Positions 1 through 15,200 are shown, numbered from the whole stretch's first letter. The stretch is DNA of 63,553 nucleotides, filler included, from Octopus bimaculoides (GCF_001194135.2; 8 parts of 8 records of this genome joined end to end with filler, not necessarily neighbours in it); one strand, 5' to 3'. Made by a program: numbers and translations. Notes: generated from the sequence alone by a model not told the origin.

Positions 1-62
1 TATATGTGTGTGTGTGTTTGTGTATGTATATGTATAGGTGTGTGTAAGCGCGCGTCTTGATG

Positions 63-107
<45 letters not shown>

Positions 108-444
108 ACATGTATATGTATTTATGCATATATATATGTACACGACCATCATTTATGGAAGCAATGGCGGTAATGTAATATCGGTGTTGTTATGCATATG
201 TTTGAGAAAGCATTTACGATTATCGACAGTATCAATGAAAGAACAGCATGTAGTGAGTGAAGAAGATGGCGTCGGTTGTGGAGTGGGTAGGGCTTGTTAC
301 AGTGGCAGGAATAGAGGTACAGGTGGTTGGGAGTTTTGTCGCAATTAACAGCGTATGTGTTTTAAAAAGAGGTTCGTTATTTATTTATTTATATGCATGT
401 GCATATACACTCTCAATTATATACATATACACGCTTATGTATGC

Positions 445-498
<54 letters not shown>

Positions 499-2440
499 GT
501 ATATGCTTATATACATACATGCATGTGTGTATGTGTGCATGCCTATACATATAAATACGTGTCGCTTGCAGTGTGTTTATATATGTGTCTACATGTATAT
601 GTGCCAGCATATAATATGTATGTGTATGCACATATGTATACACACACACACACACGCACACACACACACACACACACATACACATATGTACGTACACATG
701 CAATACAGATGTCCCTTTTGTTACCTTTCTACTGATTATGTAAAAAAATGCATTATATTTTTAAGCCTAAATTACTTAAACTTAGACTCTCCAAGCAGTC
801 GCTTTTTGGCATATAATTTTTATTCTAATACGAATACGTATCTACAAAAATAGTTTTCAAGTTGGTATTTAATGTGAAACATTTCGCGAGTATTTATTAA
901 TAATCGCAATTTTATCACATAATTAGAAATACATTTCATAATATATCATTCTATATAATCTCCAGTAAGTTTTAATTGATATACAATATAGAAAACATTG
1001 AACCATTTTTACAGAAATCTGTTACCTTCAGCAAGAGCTCAACTTCCAACAACAATTCTTTTTCTGCGATGTGATAGTCTGATAAACGAATATCAACTTA
1101 CTACAATAAGTGATCGTTCGCACACACATATCAGTGAGTAAAGCATGTATGTATGGATTCATCTTTGGCTATATTGAAGGATCCTATGTGTGTTTATATA
1201 TATAGCTATATAAGCAAGTTAGCTCGTTAAGAAAATCTCCGTAAGCGACGAAAGCAGTATCTATACTGAGAAGTAATTTTTAACGCCATCTTAACATTGA
1301 TGTTCTCAAAGAACGGACAGCACTGCTTTTTTTAACCACAGGGGGACGCTACCTCCAGCTGGTTAGCCAGTGCGCTTCGTATTCGATATATATTGCAAGC
1401 GGGGAGAGAACACCCTACTATTTCAGCTATCCAGATCATCAGACCGCGCTGTTTAGACCTTATTATGGTCATCCTCGGTAACAGATACTCGTCTGTTAAA
1501 TATAGCAGTACTTCATCCCCAGCTTGCAATATACAGAAAATAACTGGCAAACAATCGCTTATTTTGCTACAGGCTAATTATCTGCTTAAAATAGTAGTAT
1601 CGTCCGGTCTTAGAGAAAATCCATGTTTAGATGGCGATGAATATTACACCTTTTCAGAGGTTTTCCTAACGAGCTAAGTTGCTTGTTGCGAAATCAGTAA
1701 CAGTATGCCACTTATTTTCTACATATTGCTAGCTGGTGGTGAGATACTGCTATGTCTAGCAGACGAATGTTTCGAGCCTACGCTCTTCCACAGAAAGGAA
1801 CACAGAAAGAAACAAAGAGAGAAACAAGGAGAGAAAAAAATGTGTGTGTAGTGGTTAGCGATCTATATATGTATGTATCTAAATACCAGAAACTCAAGAC
1901 TCATCAACGACGATGGGGACGACTCGAGACTGTGACTCGAATCTACAAGTTTGTTATTCACATAAGCGGTCACAGTCGAAGCGCAGTGACACTCAGTCAC
2001 AACTTACTATGGGAGTATGTCTTCCAAGATGGAATAACTGCCTAAAGTTTTTCGGTGACCAAAGAACTTATAGTATTGGTTTATATGTATGTGACATTTT
2101 ATTAGACACGAAATTCCAGGTTACACGTAGAAGCTGTAGTGGATTAAGATAGAGTTCTATCGTGAGCCTTGTCATATTGTTTATTAAGGTGGTTTCGGTT
2201 ATTACTGATGTAAAACAATTTTTTTTCTCTAAAACCGCTCCTCTTTAGTGCATCGTAATAATAGGAGGCTGACTTATCGGTTATAACTCCGTCGTGCATC
2301 TATCGGAATTCATTCTTGTTATTCATTCCGGTCACAGCGTCCTAATGGAAACCGGGGTGTGATAGGGAGTATATACCACACACACACACACACACATTCG
2401 CTCACACACACATACTCACATATATATACATATATATATG

Positions 2441-2480
<40 letters not shown>

Positions 2481-2485
2481 TATAT

Positions 2486-2546
<61 letters not shown>

Positions 2547-2553
2547 TGTATGC

Positions 2554-2617
<64 letters not shown>

Positions 2618-3044
2618 ATATATATATATCTGTGTGCGAATGCATGAATATAAATACGTTTGAATGTGCATGTGTATATATTTATCTATATGATTACCAG
2701 CATACACGCGTGCACACGCACTCTTCCACGCACATACACACACGCGCACACACATGTATGTATATCTGTGTGCATAAGTATATCTAAACTATTGTTTAAA
2801 GTTCGTGTAAGCCCTCAAGCAAAACTGCAAAGGTGTTCAAACTGTGCAATCGTTCATTTGTCATACATTGCGCAATGTTGCTGCTAACACGTGATTCCAG
2901 TTGCCAATTTCGTGTCGTGTATATCTTGTTAATGGCATGACTCTGTGTCGTCAATAATATGCGCATTAGATGCAATATATAGATGTGATTTGTCTAAGTT
3001 ATTACGACGTGTTACTGAGTTTTAATCTTTATATTTTATCTGTT

Positions 3045-3240
3045 ACATCTTACTTGTTTCAGTCATTAGACGGCGGCCAAGCTGGGGCACATCCTTGAAT
3101 TTTTGGTCGAGGGAATCGACCCCAGTACTTATTGTAAAGTCTGGTACTCCTTTGCCGAAACACTAAGTTGCGTGGACGTAAACACATCAACACCAGTTGT
3201 CAAGGAATGGTGGGGAACAAACACAGACACAAAGTCACAC
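3045..3240 (-). mobile_element. SINE family A 3' half; similar partial copies at 25745-25830(+), 32700-32890(-), 37078-37215(-)
   Basis: CTTACTTGTTTCAGTCATTAGAC.GCGGCCA.GCTGGGGCA tail motif. Confidence 0.75.
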
Positions 3241-3584
3241 ACACACACATACTCATATATATATATANNNNNNNNNNNNNNNNNNNNNNNNNNNNNNNNN
3301 NNNNNNNNNNNNNNNNNNNNNNNNNNNNNNNNNNNNNNNNNNNNNNNNNNNNNNNNNNNNNNNNNNNNNNNNNNNNNNNNNNNNNNNNNNNNNNNNNNNN
3401 NNNNNNNNNNNNNNNNNNNNNNNNNNNNNNNNNNNNNNNNNNNNNNNNNNNNNNNNNNNNNNNNNNNNNNNNNNNNNNNNNNNNNNNNNAAATGATTTTT
3501 ACCAAGTGGTAAGCGTGGAAATAAAACCTCGTAGGTAAATTAATAGAAATATTTTATAATTATATACATAATTATAATAAGGAC

Positions 3585-3850
3585 TTAGTTTGCACCGCCC
3601 ATGCACTGCTGTACTCTTCCACCGCAACTTTCCTCTCACTCTTACTTTCTGTTTCTGCTGTGCTTGTAATTCAAAGGGTGAGCCTTGTCACACTCTGTGT
3701 CACAATGAATATCCCCGAGAACTACGTTAAGGGTACACGTGTCTGTGGAGTGCTCAGCCACTTGCACGTTAATTTCACGAGCAGGCTGTTCCGTTGATCG
3801 GATCAACTGGAACCCTCGACGTCGTAAGCGACGGAGTGCCAACAACAACA
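3585..3850 (+). mobile_element. SINE family C 3' part; further copies at 17891-18200(+), 36497-36808(+), 49610-49710(+)
   Basis: Near-identical to the reverse complement of 11714-11890. Confidence 0.85.
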
Positions 3851-4584
3851 GTTTGCTTGAATAAACTTGGCCATTTGGGTCCCAACGTGTTATGATATCA
3901 AGTTACTTGTTGATCAAGGCTACAGCCTCGATTCTATCTTCCTTACTACATCCTACCGTTTCTCTACGTTCTGTTTGGCACTGTGACACGTTCTCACTAG
4001 ACTCTCATCTGCATGTAAAAAGGAGATTCATATTTCCATACTTACCCCGAATATAGCCACTAGTTGAGGTGAAACTCAAGTGGGATCGAAACAAGATTAA
4101 AAGTATCAACAAGGTTCCAGTACACTAATACAACAATCTAAGCTGCTGGTAGCTGGTAGTAAAAAATAACGTATTCTGTAATTCAAAGAATTGTTTTTCG
4201 TGAACAAATACATATAAACTGACACATATATGTATATATGTATATATGTATATATGTATATATGTATATATGTATATATGTATATATGTATATATGTATA
4301 TATATATATATATANNNNNNNNNNNNNNNNNNNNNNNNNNNNNNNNNNNNNNNNNNNNNNNNNNNNNNNNNNNNNNNNNNNNNNNNNNNNNNNNNNNNNN
4401 NNNNNNNNNNNNNNNNNNNNNNNNATATATACACATACATATATATAGATATAGATATATAAGCAAATGTATAAATGCATAAAGAGTCGAGGTTGAAAGA
4501 GATGTACAAGAACACAAATGTAAACTGTGAGGCGTAGTTCATATATGCACACACGCACACACACACATACTCACGTACATACAC

Positions 4585-4623
<39 letters not shown>

Positions 4624-4714
4624 CGTATATATTTATATATATATGTATATAAATATATATATATAAATATATGTACATATATAATTATATATATATATAT
4701 ATGGAAGTAAATGC

Positions 4715-4748
<34 letters not shown>

Positions 4749-5747
4749 AAATATATGTGTGCGTGTGTGTATGTATATATGTATTAACATGTACTTTCAA
4801 ACATAGACATATACATATATATGCACACACACACACATGCATACAGACACATACAAGCACACACACACATCGCTTGTCTTTGAATATTTTTTTATAAAGA
4901 AAACGAAACACTTTTGTATTTGAAGGTATCAGGAAATTTATTTGTTTGCTTCTTTGATTATTTATTTGTTTGCTTGTTTCTTTTCGGTTCTTCATTTAAT
5001 GCTAATATAATTTCAGTAGGGTGATTGCAATAGACGTGCATGTTTGCAGAAAACAGATAAGATGCACAGAAAATTCGAAAGTATTTCTTCCACATCACCA
5101 CGAGTTGCTGTTTTCCGGAATGTACCGAATAATAATAAACAGAGAGAGAGAAAGAGAGACGGAGAGAAAGAGTGATTTTGAAAAATAATAAAGAAACAAG
5201 AAAAAGCTAACCAAAAAAAAGTGTATATATGGAAATAAAAAAAAAAGTTCTAAACTTGGAAGCAATAAATTATAAGCGAATCAAGATCAATTCAAATTCA
5301 AAGACGGAATAGATAAGAGAATTTTACCTAAGAGAGAAACGTTTGAGGGCAAGGAAGCAACATAGAATTGCATATACAAGAATACCCATGCTAAAAGATA
5401 CATAAANNNNNNNNNNNNNNNNNNNNNNNNNNNNNNNNNNNNNNNNNNNNNNNNNNNNNNNNNNNNNNNNNNNNNNNNNNNNNNNNNNNNNNNNNNNNNN
5501 NNNNNNNNNNNNNNNNNNNNNNNNNNNNNNNNNNNNNNNNNNNNNNNNNNNNNNNNNNNNNNNNNNNNNNNNNNNNNNNNNNNNNNNNNNNNNNNNNNNN
5601 NNNNNNNNNNNNNNNNNNNNNNNNNNNNNNNNNNNNNNNNNNNNNNNNNNNNNNNNNNNNNNNNNNNNNNNNNNNNNNNNNNNNNNNNNNNNNNNNNNNN
5701 NNNNNNNNNNNNNNNNNNNNNNNNNNNNNNNNNNNNNNNNNNNNNNN

Positions 5748-5778
<31 letters not shown>

Positions 5779-6443
5779 ATACACACATATACTCCTTCCC
5801 ATATATATAAATATAAATATATATATATGTATATATGTACGTAGACACACTTCCCTGTGTATATGCGTATGATATCTGTGTTTGCTCACATATACATATG
5901 TGCATATTTATACACACATATATATGTATATATACACATGTACATATATGGATACATGCACACACATACATATAGGTATAGATATAGATATATACATATG
6001 CATGCACACATGTATATATATATGTGTGTTTGTGTATATATATGTATATGTGTATATATCCATCCATACGTACATTCATGCATACATACATACATACATA
6101 TATATATTACATACCCATATATATACATATACGTACATATACACATATTCAATTGTTTTCCCTCATCATCATCGTCTTAGAAATTCTATTACCGATCTTG
6201 CTGCCATTTTCACGCAACATTGTTCCATATATACATTTTCTTCTCTTTCTGATCGGTTTTAGTTTCCAGCAAGACAGGGAGAGACGATGAGAGTTAGAGA
6301 TATGTGGGGGAGCGATAGTAAGCGTATATAATGCAGCACGTATACGCACGCATGTATGAATATGTGCGTTTTAAGCCCACCGGTGTAGAACTCAAGTGAT
6401 ACAAACAAAGGCCTTACGTATACGCCGATGTATTGAGTATACG

Positions 6444-6489
<46 letters not shown>

Positions 6490-7581
6490 CGCGCGCCCAC
6501 ACACATACGCACACACACATATATATATACGTGCCCAGATAAACATACAGTCATATATATACATATGGTAAAATTGAAAATTATGAAATTACTCGGGGTC
6601 CGATTGATCTGAAATCCCCGCCCCCACCACCATTACCATCTCCATTTTGCCATACATATTACAACGTGTATATCTTTCTACAATTAATCGAAATTTCTTT
6701 TTCATTATTCGATTACTTCATCTTCCTTCTCTTTTATGTTTATTTATATTTCATTTAATCTTCATTTTGGATATTTAAGCAGTGGTATTCGTAGAGGAGA
6801 GTCGTTCGGCCATATTTGTTTTTTTTGCATGTTTTTCATTTTATCTTAAAAAAGAAATGGTTCTTGTTCGTTGCTTATTTTTTTTGGCGATTTTATTTAA
6901 TTGTAAACCGTTACTTTTTATGATTTTAATTTAACTTTAAAACTTTTTTCTTTAATATTTGTTTGTATATATATTTGTTGATGTATTTTATCTTTTTTAT
7001 TTGATTTTCAGTTTGTCTTGAAGAGAGAAAAAGGTAGAGTGAGGGAGAGAGACGGGGAGTTCGGGGGAGGGGGTACTTTAAGAAACACGGAAACAAGATA
7101 ATGGATTAAGTATAAGTTGGTAAAAGGAAGGAATTGCAGAAAGAGGGAAGGAAAAATGAAGTATATTACAAATGATGAAAGAAAAAGGAAGGAATGAGGG
7201 TAATAATGAGTGAAAGAGGGAACAGAAAAAAGAAAGATAAAGATGAAATTATAATACATATAAAATTATTGAATACGTAACACTCAATAATTTAAAATTT
7301 GGTCTATACACGAGAACACACACATTTCAGACAAAAATATCGAAAGCCCACAAGTGTTAATCTGCACATAGATGCATACATAACGACACCCCGCCCCCAC
7401 ACAAACGCACACACACACATGAATATATGAATATATACGTATATATACAAACATGCTAAAATAGATATCTGTGTATAGATATTTTTCACACATCTCTGTC
7501 TATGCATCTACTTATCCATATATATATACACATATATATATACATATATATAGATAGATGTATATATATATATATATATAT

Positions 7582-7681
7582 NNNNNNNNNNNNNNNNNNN
7601 NNNNNNNNNNNNNNNNNNNNNNNNNTTAATTAATTAANNNNNNNNNNNNNNNNNNNNNNNNNNNNNNNNNNNNNNNNNNNN
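7582..7681. other. Assembly linker N44-TTAATTAATTAA-N44; 12-mers also at 23486, 28133, 41559, 47969, 59198, 62260
   Basis: Seven identical 100-bp blocks. The palindromic 12-mer has stop codons in all six frames, consistent with an artificial scaffold join. Confidence 0.92.
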
Positions 7682-7737
7682 AATAATAATAATAATAATA
7701 AACAACCACAACAGCAACAACAACAATAATGATAACA

Positions 7738-7797
<60 letters not shown>

Positions 7798-7812
7798 ATG
7801 ATGATAATAATA
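7682..7812. repeat. (AAT)n/(AAC)n/(GAT)n compound microsatellite
   Basis: Directly visible. Confidence 0.95.
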
Positions 7813-7995
7813 TTCTTTAAGAATAAACTTATACTCTACAAAAATATAGAGTAAGTCCTAAGATCAATGTAAAATTGTTTTTATTATAACTAAACGCTAA
7901 AACGAACACGTACACACACACGTGTGTGTGTGTTTGCGTGTGCGCGCGTGTGTATATGTGTGTGTATACATATCTATGCACTTATAAACATGCAT

Positions 7996-8026
<31 letters not shown>

Positions 8027-8383
8027 GATCGATAGATAGATAGATAGATAGAGACAGAGAGAAAGGGAGATGGATGGTCACATAATATATACAAACATAT
8101 ATGTGTGCGTGTATATGTACGTACATACATGTGTGTGTGTGTATATACATATACACACACGTAAGACACGCACGCGCACTCACACACACATATACGCATA
8201 TAAATGTATGGGCTCTATCTTACATGCATTTACAATTTGGCAATGTCGTTCCCAATTTGACAGCATACACTGTATCAATGTAGAGATACATGAATATGCA
8301 CATAAATATGGAAACAAAACTCAAATACATACAGTTATACAACTATAGGTACATATATACATACACACACACATATGTAGGTC

Positions 8384-8417
<34 letters not shown>

Positions 8418-8428
8418 CAGATAGATAA

Positions 8429-8492
<64 letters not shown>

Positions 8493-9682
8493 GCAGATAG
8501 GTACACAAACTCTCTTTCCCTCTCTCTCCCCTCTCTGTGCTCCCCTCTCTCTTTCAAACACCCACCTACATACATATATACACACATTGCATACATGCAT
8601 TTATATGAATCTATCTACCTATCGGCATGAACATGTACAACAGATTATGTCTCTCTAAAAGCCAACGTAATCAAGATTATACTTTTGAGTGCTAATGTAT
8701 TTTGTATGTTGTATGTTGGCTTTATAGAACTGGGAGTGAGACAGAGAGAGAAAGGGAGAGAGAAAGGGGGAAGGAGGGAGCGGGAGAAAGGGAGAGAGAG
8801 TTGAAGTTATATGTGTGTGCGCGCGCGTGTGCGTATGCATCTAAGTGTGAGCCGATGTGTTTGAGAGACTCAACGCTCAAGTTGGTGCATTGTATTCTGC
8901 AATGTAATATTGTGAAATTGAATTGGCAATGTGTAAAAAGTCGGCAATGTTCGGCAGAATTTCCGTGATGGATGGCTGATAAGGTCGTGAGGCAAGAGTT
9001 GCCTAGGCGACGCCTGCCGACTAACCAACATTATATCATACAGCTCCTACGTCACATCGTTACGTATACAACACCCTCTTCCTTCTCTTGCCACCTAACT
9101 CGCCTGGCCATTTACTGCACACTCTTCAGCACACACATGCACGTACACTCACAAACACATACTGCTCAACACACGCATATATACTGACGCAGACTCACTA
9201 CATTGCTTTAGTAATGTTCACGCATACACACACACAATCACATACACACAGACCATGCACACGTCTGCATACATTGATGCATGCGCGCGCACACACACAC
9301 ACTTAATACATACCTACATCCTCTGGGCAGCATACGTTCATTCGTATATTTAGATCTTCATACAGGAATGCTTATTTATACACACACACACGTAAGCACC
9401 AACACGGGTGTGCGCGTGTGTATGTGTGTGTGTGCTTGTGTATATTTCTGAATGCATGCGTGTACACACACACACGCACTTATATATATATGTGTGTGTG
9501 TGTGTATGTATGTATGTAGATGAATATATAATTATAGGGGCATATATACCTATGAATTCACATACAAATACACGCGCATACACTTTATTCCCACGAATAA
9601 TGCAACTGACATTCACATACATACATACGTATATAGACACACACACACACATACACGCATACACACACACATACACACACAG

Positions 9683-9754
<72 letters not shown>

Positions 9755-9914
9755 ACATACATACATACATACATACATACATACATACTTACATACATAC
9801 ATACATACATATAGAAAGAGTTAAAGAAACAACATATTCAGAAAAATAACGAAACCATAATCATCTTTATTCCCATTTTTACCATCATCCTCGCTACCAC
9901 CGATCAAGTGGTAG

Positions 9915-10320
9915 CCTCCTGAATGGTTAGAAATAGTAGCCAAATGCCCTAAAATCATTCACTTCGCTGCTGAACCATGCGAGCCATATTTAATATTATT
10001 GTCGTAGAGACAGAACAAGACGGGGATGGTCGCGGTAGGAATATATTGTCGATGTATTATTGCTGGTTCTGAACTGAGTTAAACAACAACAACGAGCCAA
10101 TGAGGAATCTTGAACCATATCACCCGGTAAACTAGAAACAACAGCTAAGTTTGCCTCAAATTTCAACTTACTGTCCTAAAAAGCAAGAAATGGTCACGGC
10201 TGGAATGTCTTTGATTCTAAGTTTATTCAGTGGCTGACCAAGAGCTAAACAAAACAGTTGCAACTCTGATGGTGAAGACCTCTGACCAAAGACACTCCAG
10301 CCATGACTATCCAGTATATA
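9915..10320. repeat. Unclassified old dispersed repeat 'family D'; also 13235-13375, 16230-16530, 44885-45010, 45585-45715
   Basis: Shared motifs CTAGAAA.AGCAGCCAAAT..CC(T)CAAATCA and GGATGGTCA(C/T)GGCTGGAATG.CTTTGATC recur on both strands. Confidence 0.6.
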
Positions 10321-11713
10321 AAAGCTTGTGGGATTGCAATACTAAATGTGTTGAAATAAAGAGAGCTGATGAGATGGTAGTGATGGTTGTGCTGTTGGTG
10401 CTAGTGGTAGTATGAGTGGTGACAGTTGTGATGATAGCGCTTATAGTAGTGTTTACTACGGACTCCACAGGCGCAGGTATAGCTGAGCATGGCTTAGAAG
10501 GTCGCTCTGCAACCATGTGATTTCGGATTCATTTCTACTGTGCAGCACCCTATGTATGTGTATGTGTGTGCGAGTGTGTATATGTGTGTATACATGCGTA
10601 TGTATCTGTGTGTTTGCATGCGCATGTACATGCGTGCTAATCTCTGTGAGATTGAGCATGTCTAGACATGAGCATGTCTAGATATGCAAATTTATACGCA
10701 TGAGAATACATACATAAAACAAAACCTAATCAGTTTAAAAGATTCCCGTTAAAATTACTAATTTCATAAACGGTAAAAGTGAAAATTATAAATAATATGG
10801 GTGGCTTATTCGGAATTTTCAGCACTAATCAGCACAAGTATTGCGAAAATGTTATAAACGAACAAAACGAGCTTAGTTTAACCCTAGGTGCAGTGAGAAC
10901 CACTAATGAGCATTAAAATGCTAAATCATCGATGATCTGGCTATGTCCGCTGCTGTAGAGAGCTTGCCTCCTTTGTCAGTTATTCAGATAGTACTTTTCG
11001 TGGCTATTGAGTTGTTTTCACTCTCATTTCTAGCAATACTAGTGGTGATTAATGCCCTTTGTCACTTTACTGACGTCTATATTTCTGCCTTTAGGTTGTA
11101 AAATTGTGAATAATCCAGCCATATTACATATATATANNNNNNNNNNNNNNNNNNNNNNNNNNNNNNNNNNNNNNNNNNNNNNNNNNNNNNNNNNNNNNNN
11201 NNNNNNNNNNNNNNNNNNNNNNNNNNNNNNNNNNNNNNNNNNNNNNNNNNNNNNNNNNNNNNNNNNNNNNNNNNNNNNNNNNNNNNNNNNNNNNNNNNNN
11301 NNNNNNNNNNNNNNNNNNNNNNNNNNNNNNNNNNNNNNNNNNNNNNNNNNNNNNNNNNNNNNNNNNNNNNNNNNNNNNNNNNNNNNNNNNNNNNNNNNNN
11401 NNNNNNNNNNNNNNNNNNNNNNNNNNNNNNNNNNNNNNNNNNNNNNNNNNNNNNNNNNNNNNNNNNNNNNNNNNNNNNNNNNNNNNNNNNNNNNNNNNNN
11501 NNNNNNNNNNNNNNNNNNNNNNNNNNNNNNNNNNNNNNNNNNNNNNNNNNNNNNNNNNNNNNNNNNNNNNNNNNNNNNNNNNNNNNNNNNNNNNNNNNNN
11601 NNNNNNNNNNNNNNNNNNNNNNNNNNNNNNNNNNNNNNNNNNNNNNNNNNNNNNNNNNNNNNNNNNNNNNNNNNNNNNNNNNNNNNNNNNNNNNNNNNNN
11701 NNNNNNNNNNNNN

Positions 11714-12045
11714 NACGGAACAGCCTGCTCGTGAAATTAAAGTGCAAGTGGCTGAGCACTCCACAGACACGTGTACCCTTAACGTAGTTCTCGGGGATAT
11801 TCAGCGTGACACAGTGTGACAAGGCTGACCCTTTGAATTACAGGCACAACAGAAACAGGAAGTAAGAGTGAGAGAAACTTGTGGTGAAAGAGTATGGCAG
11901 GGTTCGCCACCATCCCCTGCCGGAGCCTCATGGAGCTTTTAGGTGTTTTCGCTCAATAAACACTCACAACGCCCAGTCTAGGAATCAAAACCGCGATCCT
12001 ATGACCGCGAGTCCGCTGCCCTAACTACTGGGCCATTGCGCCTCC
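11714..12045 (-). mobile_element. tRNA-derived SINE family C (resembles octopus OR-type SINEs)
   Basis: Head GGAGGCGCAATGGCCCAGTAGTTAGGGCAGCGGACTCGCGG; body GAGAACTACGTTAAGGGTACACGTGTCTGTGGAGTGCTCAGCCACTTGCAC, shared with 3585-3850. Confidence 0.85.
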
Positions 12046-12537
12046 ACATGTTAATACTTACCGCTTGTATAAAATGTTTCATCTGAATCACAGCTCGTTC
12101 GTATATTCCAGATTCTTCTGAGTATAAAATGTAAACATATATTGTTTCCAAGTTATAAATAACGTTATCAAGCCCTTTTTAACTTTTTATTTTTATTTTG
12201 GAAATCGTTTGAGATATATGTCTGGAGAATGTAGATCATATATAACCATTAGTTTCTTTATAGTGTTTATTCACATCGTGTTTATTGTAACACCTGTTAG
12301 AGCTTGACCTTAATTTTACCTGTAATTTACATGGGAGATAAAAGGACGGATGATATTTCTAAACAGAGAACGTATGACTGCGTAGACAAAGTGGAATTTC
12401 AAACTTCGCAAACAGAAAAGAAGAATTTTGTTATTTAACTTCAGAACACCTTTGATTCGCTATACTTACATTCAAAACGTCTCAACTGTGACACCGACAT
12501 CTTTATTTTTCAGACACAGTCTACCTCGGACTACATT

Positions 12538-12865
12538 GTGGCTGTGTTGTAAGAAGCTTACTTCCCAACTACATGGCTCTGGGTTCAGTCCCCCTGCCGT
12601 GGTACTTTGAGCAAGTCTCTTCTACTATAGCCTCGGGCCGACCGAATCCTTGCAAGCGGATCTGGCAGACGGAAATTTAAAGAAGACCATCGTATATAGG
12701 CGCAGGAGTGGCTGTGTGGTAAGTAGGTTGCTTACCAACCACATTGTTCCGAGTTCAGTCCCACTGCGTGGCATCTTGGGCAAGTGTCTTCTACTATAGC
12801 TTCGGGCCGATCAAAGCCTTGTAAGTGGATTTGGTAGACGGAAACTGAAAGAAGCCCGTCGTATA

Positions 12866-12901
<36 letters not shown>

Positions 12902-13112
12902 TGTGTATGTATATGTTTGTGTGTCTGTGTTTGTCCCCCCAACATCGCTTGTCAACCGATGCTGGTGTGTTTACGTCACCGTAACTTAGCAGTTCGGCAA
13001 AAGTGACCGATTGAATAATTACTAGGCTTACAAAGAATAAGTACTGCGTTCGATTCATTCGACTAAAAGTTCTTCAAGGCAGTGCCCCAGCATGGCCGCA
13101 GTCTAATGGCAG
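12538..13112 (+). mobile_element. tRNA-derived SINE family A, tandem partial plus full copy
   Basis: A-box-like TGGCTGTGTGG, B-box-like GAGTTCAGTCCC, body GGCAAGTGTCTTCTACTATAGC, internal (TATG)n and tail CAGCATGGCCGCAGTC. A 5' half copy (12538-12693) directly precedes the full copy. Confidence 0.85.
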
Positions 13113-13547
13113 GACTTGATCAAAGTTATATCTGGCTGTTATTTAAAGCAAGTTGACTGTCAATGTAGGGGTCTTGTCTGTCACGTTTATTTAGAGGTTA
13201 AACATGATCTAGCAGAACTAAAATTAGAGGCGTTCCAACCGTGACAATATAGTCTTTTTTTCTGGACATAGAACTTTATTATCCACTATGTCTTTCTTCT
13301 TCAAGATAGCTGAGTGTGCTTTGAGTGGGTATTTGCCTGATATTTCTAGGAAGTTGGATAACTGTGTTGACAATTCCTTTAAGTCGTGTACGGATGCAGC
13401 AAAAACAATAGACATGTTATTGTATGTATGTATATGAATGTGACGGAGCATATATATGTGTATGCGTGAGGTGCGCGTGTGTGTACGTGTGTACGTATGT
13501 GTGTGTGTGTGTGTGTGCGTGTGTGATGTGTGCGAGTTCTTCTTGCG

Positions 13548-13981
13548 CTTGTTTCAGGCACGCGACTGCGGCCATGCTAGGGCACCGCTTTGAAAGGTTT
13601 TAGTCGATTAAATTGAGCCTAGTACTTTTTTTCTATCGGTATCTTTTGCCGAACCGCAAATTTGTGGAGACGAAAAGAAACCAGCAACTGTTGTCAAGCA
13701 GTGTGGTGGGGATCAAACACAGACATAAAAACACATACAAACACGCGCGCGCGCGCACACAAATTATGCACTCGTACAATACAAACACACACACACACAC
13801 ATAAATAAATAAATTCAACAAGCTTCCGCGCAGTTTTCATCTACCAAATTTATTCACAAGGCATTTGTCAACCTGGAGTTACAGTAGAAGATAATTGCCC
13901 AAGGTTCTGCGCAGTGGGACTGTACCTGAGACACCATGATTGCAAAATGAGCTTCTTAACCACTCAGCCCCACCTGTGCCT
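13548..13981 (-). mobile_element. SINE family A, full-length copy
   Basis: Reverse complement of the 12699-13112 architecture. Confidence 0.85.
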
Positions 13982-15200
13982 AGTCTTACATAAATAACAA
14001 CAGTTTTATTAATTCAACACCAACCTTCAGGTTTCAACCTTGAAAGCATGGAACCAGCGTCTTCCAATATCAGAGCGAAGTTTCTCACTTTCATTCATAA
14101 AATAATTGATAAATTACAATAAAATATAAATATTTCACAATATATTATAATTTTATTTTTCTTTCCCAAAGGAAGGCGAGATTTCCTTTAGAAGCGATAA
14201 TTCTGAATCTCTTTAAATGGAATTACAATTTAATAAACCATAAATTATTATTCATGTTGAAACACATTTTATAAGATTTTTTTCGTTTTACATATTTTTG
14301 CAAATATCGTATTTCTTTCATTGTTTCGACCGAGTAAACAACTTTTGGAATGTGTCGTTTGCCATTCCTAAATTCTTCCAATTGAAGCCGACTTCCATTT
14401 CCAATTTCAATAGATAATTCCTCTTTCTTTTATTTGTTTTTTAAAAAATTTTTTTGACTGTTTTATGAGTAATCTTTATTTCTGTATTTCATTTCAAAAT
14501 TAGAACAGTGTGTATGGGCAAGTGTGTCTGTGTATGTGCAGGTATACGCATCTATATGTATATGTGTGTTAATGGATGTATACATACATACATTTATATA
14601 TATATCTATATANNNNNNNNNNNNNNNNNNNNNNNNNNNNNNNNNNNNNNNNNNNNNNNNNNNNNNNNNNNNNNNNNNNNNNNNNNNNNNNNNNNNNNNN
14701 NNNNNNNNNNNNNNNNNNNNNNNNNNNNNNNNNNNNNNNNNNNNNNNNNNNNNNNNNNNNNNNNNNNNNNNNNNNNNNNNNNNNNNNNNNNNNNNNNNNN
14801 NNTATATATATATCTATGTATATATCAATGTATGTAAATAAGCCGTTATACATGCGTGTATACGTTTCTACATCTGTATTACTGTAGATGAATAACTGTT
14901 GTGTGAGTGTGCGCGCGCGAGTGTGCGTGAGTGTTTGTGAGTGGTAGGAGGAGTTAAACAAACAGTGTCGAGGAAGTTAAAGATAGAAAAATAGAATAAA
15001 GTAAAAACTCAGAAGGTGAAGATTAAAGAAACCAAGAAAAATGTTGAAAAACAAACTCAAAAGCAAAACAAAAAGACAAAAAATAAAAACAGAAAAGAGA
15101 AAGAAACAAAGAATTTATTTCATTTTCCTCTCCAACTTCCACGAGACTATTCATTTAAAACGTTCATTTCCATTCGTCTTCAATAGATTTGAATTCTTAC

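Noticed and set aside
257-853. 198-aa ORF and the many similar YI/HT/CV/LSIY-repeat ORFs
   Set aside because: They are translations of (TA)n, (CA)n and (ATCT)n microsatellites, with no coding signal.
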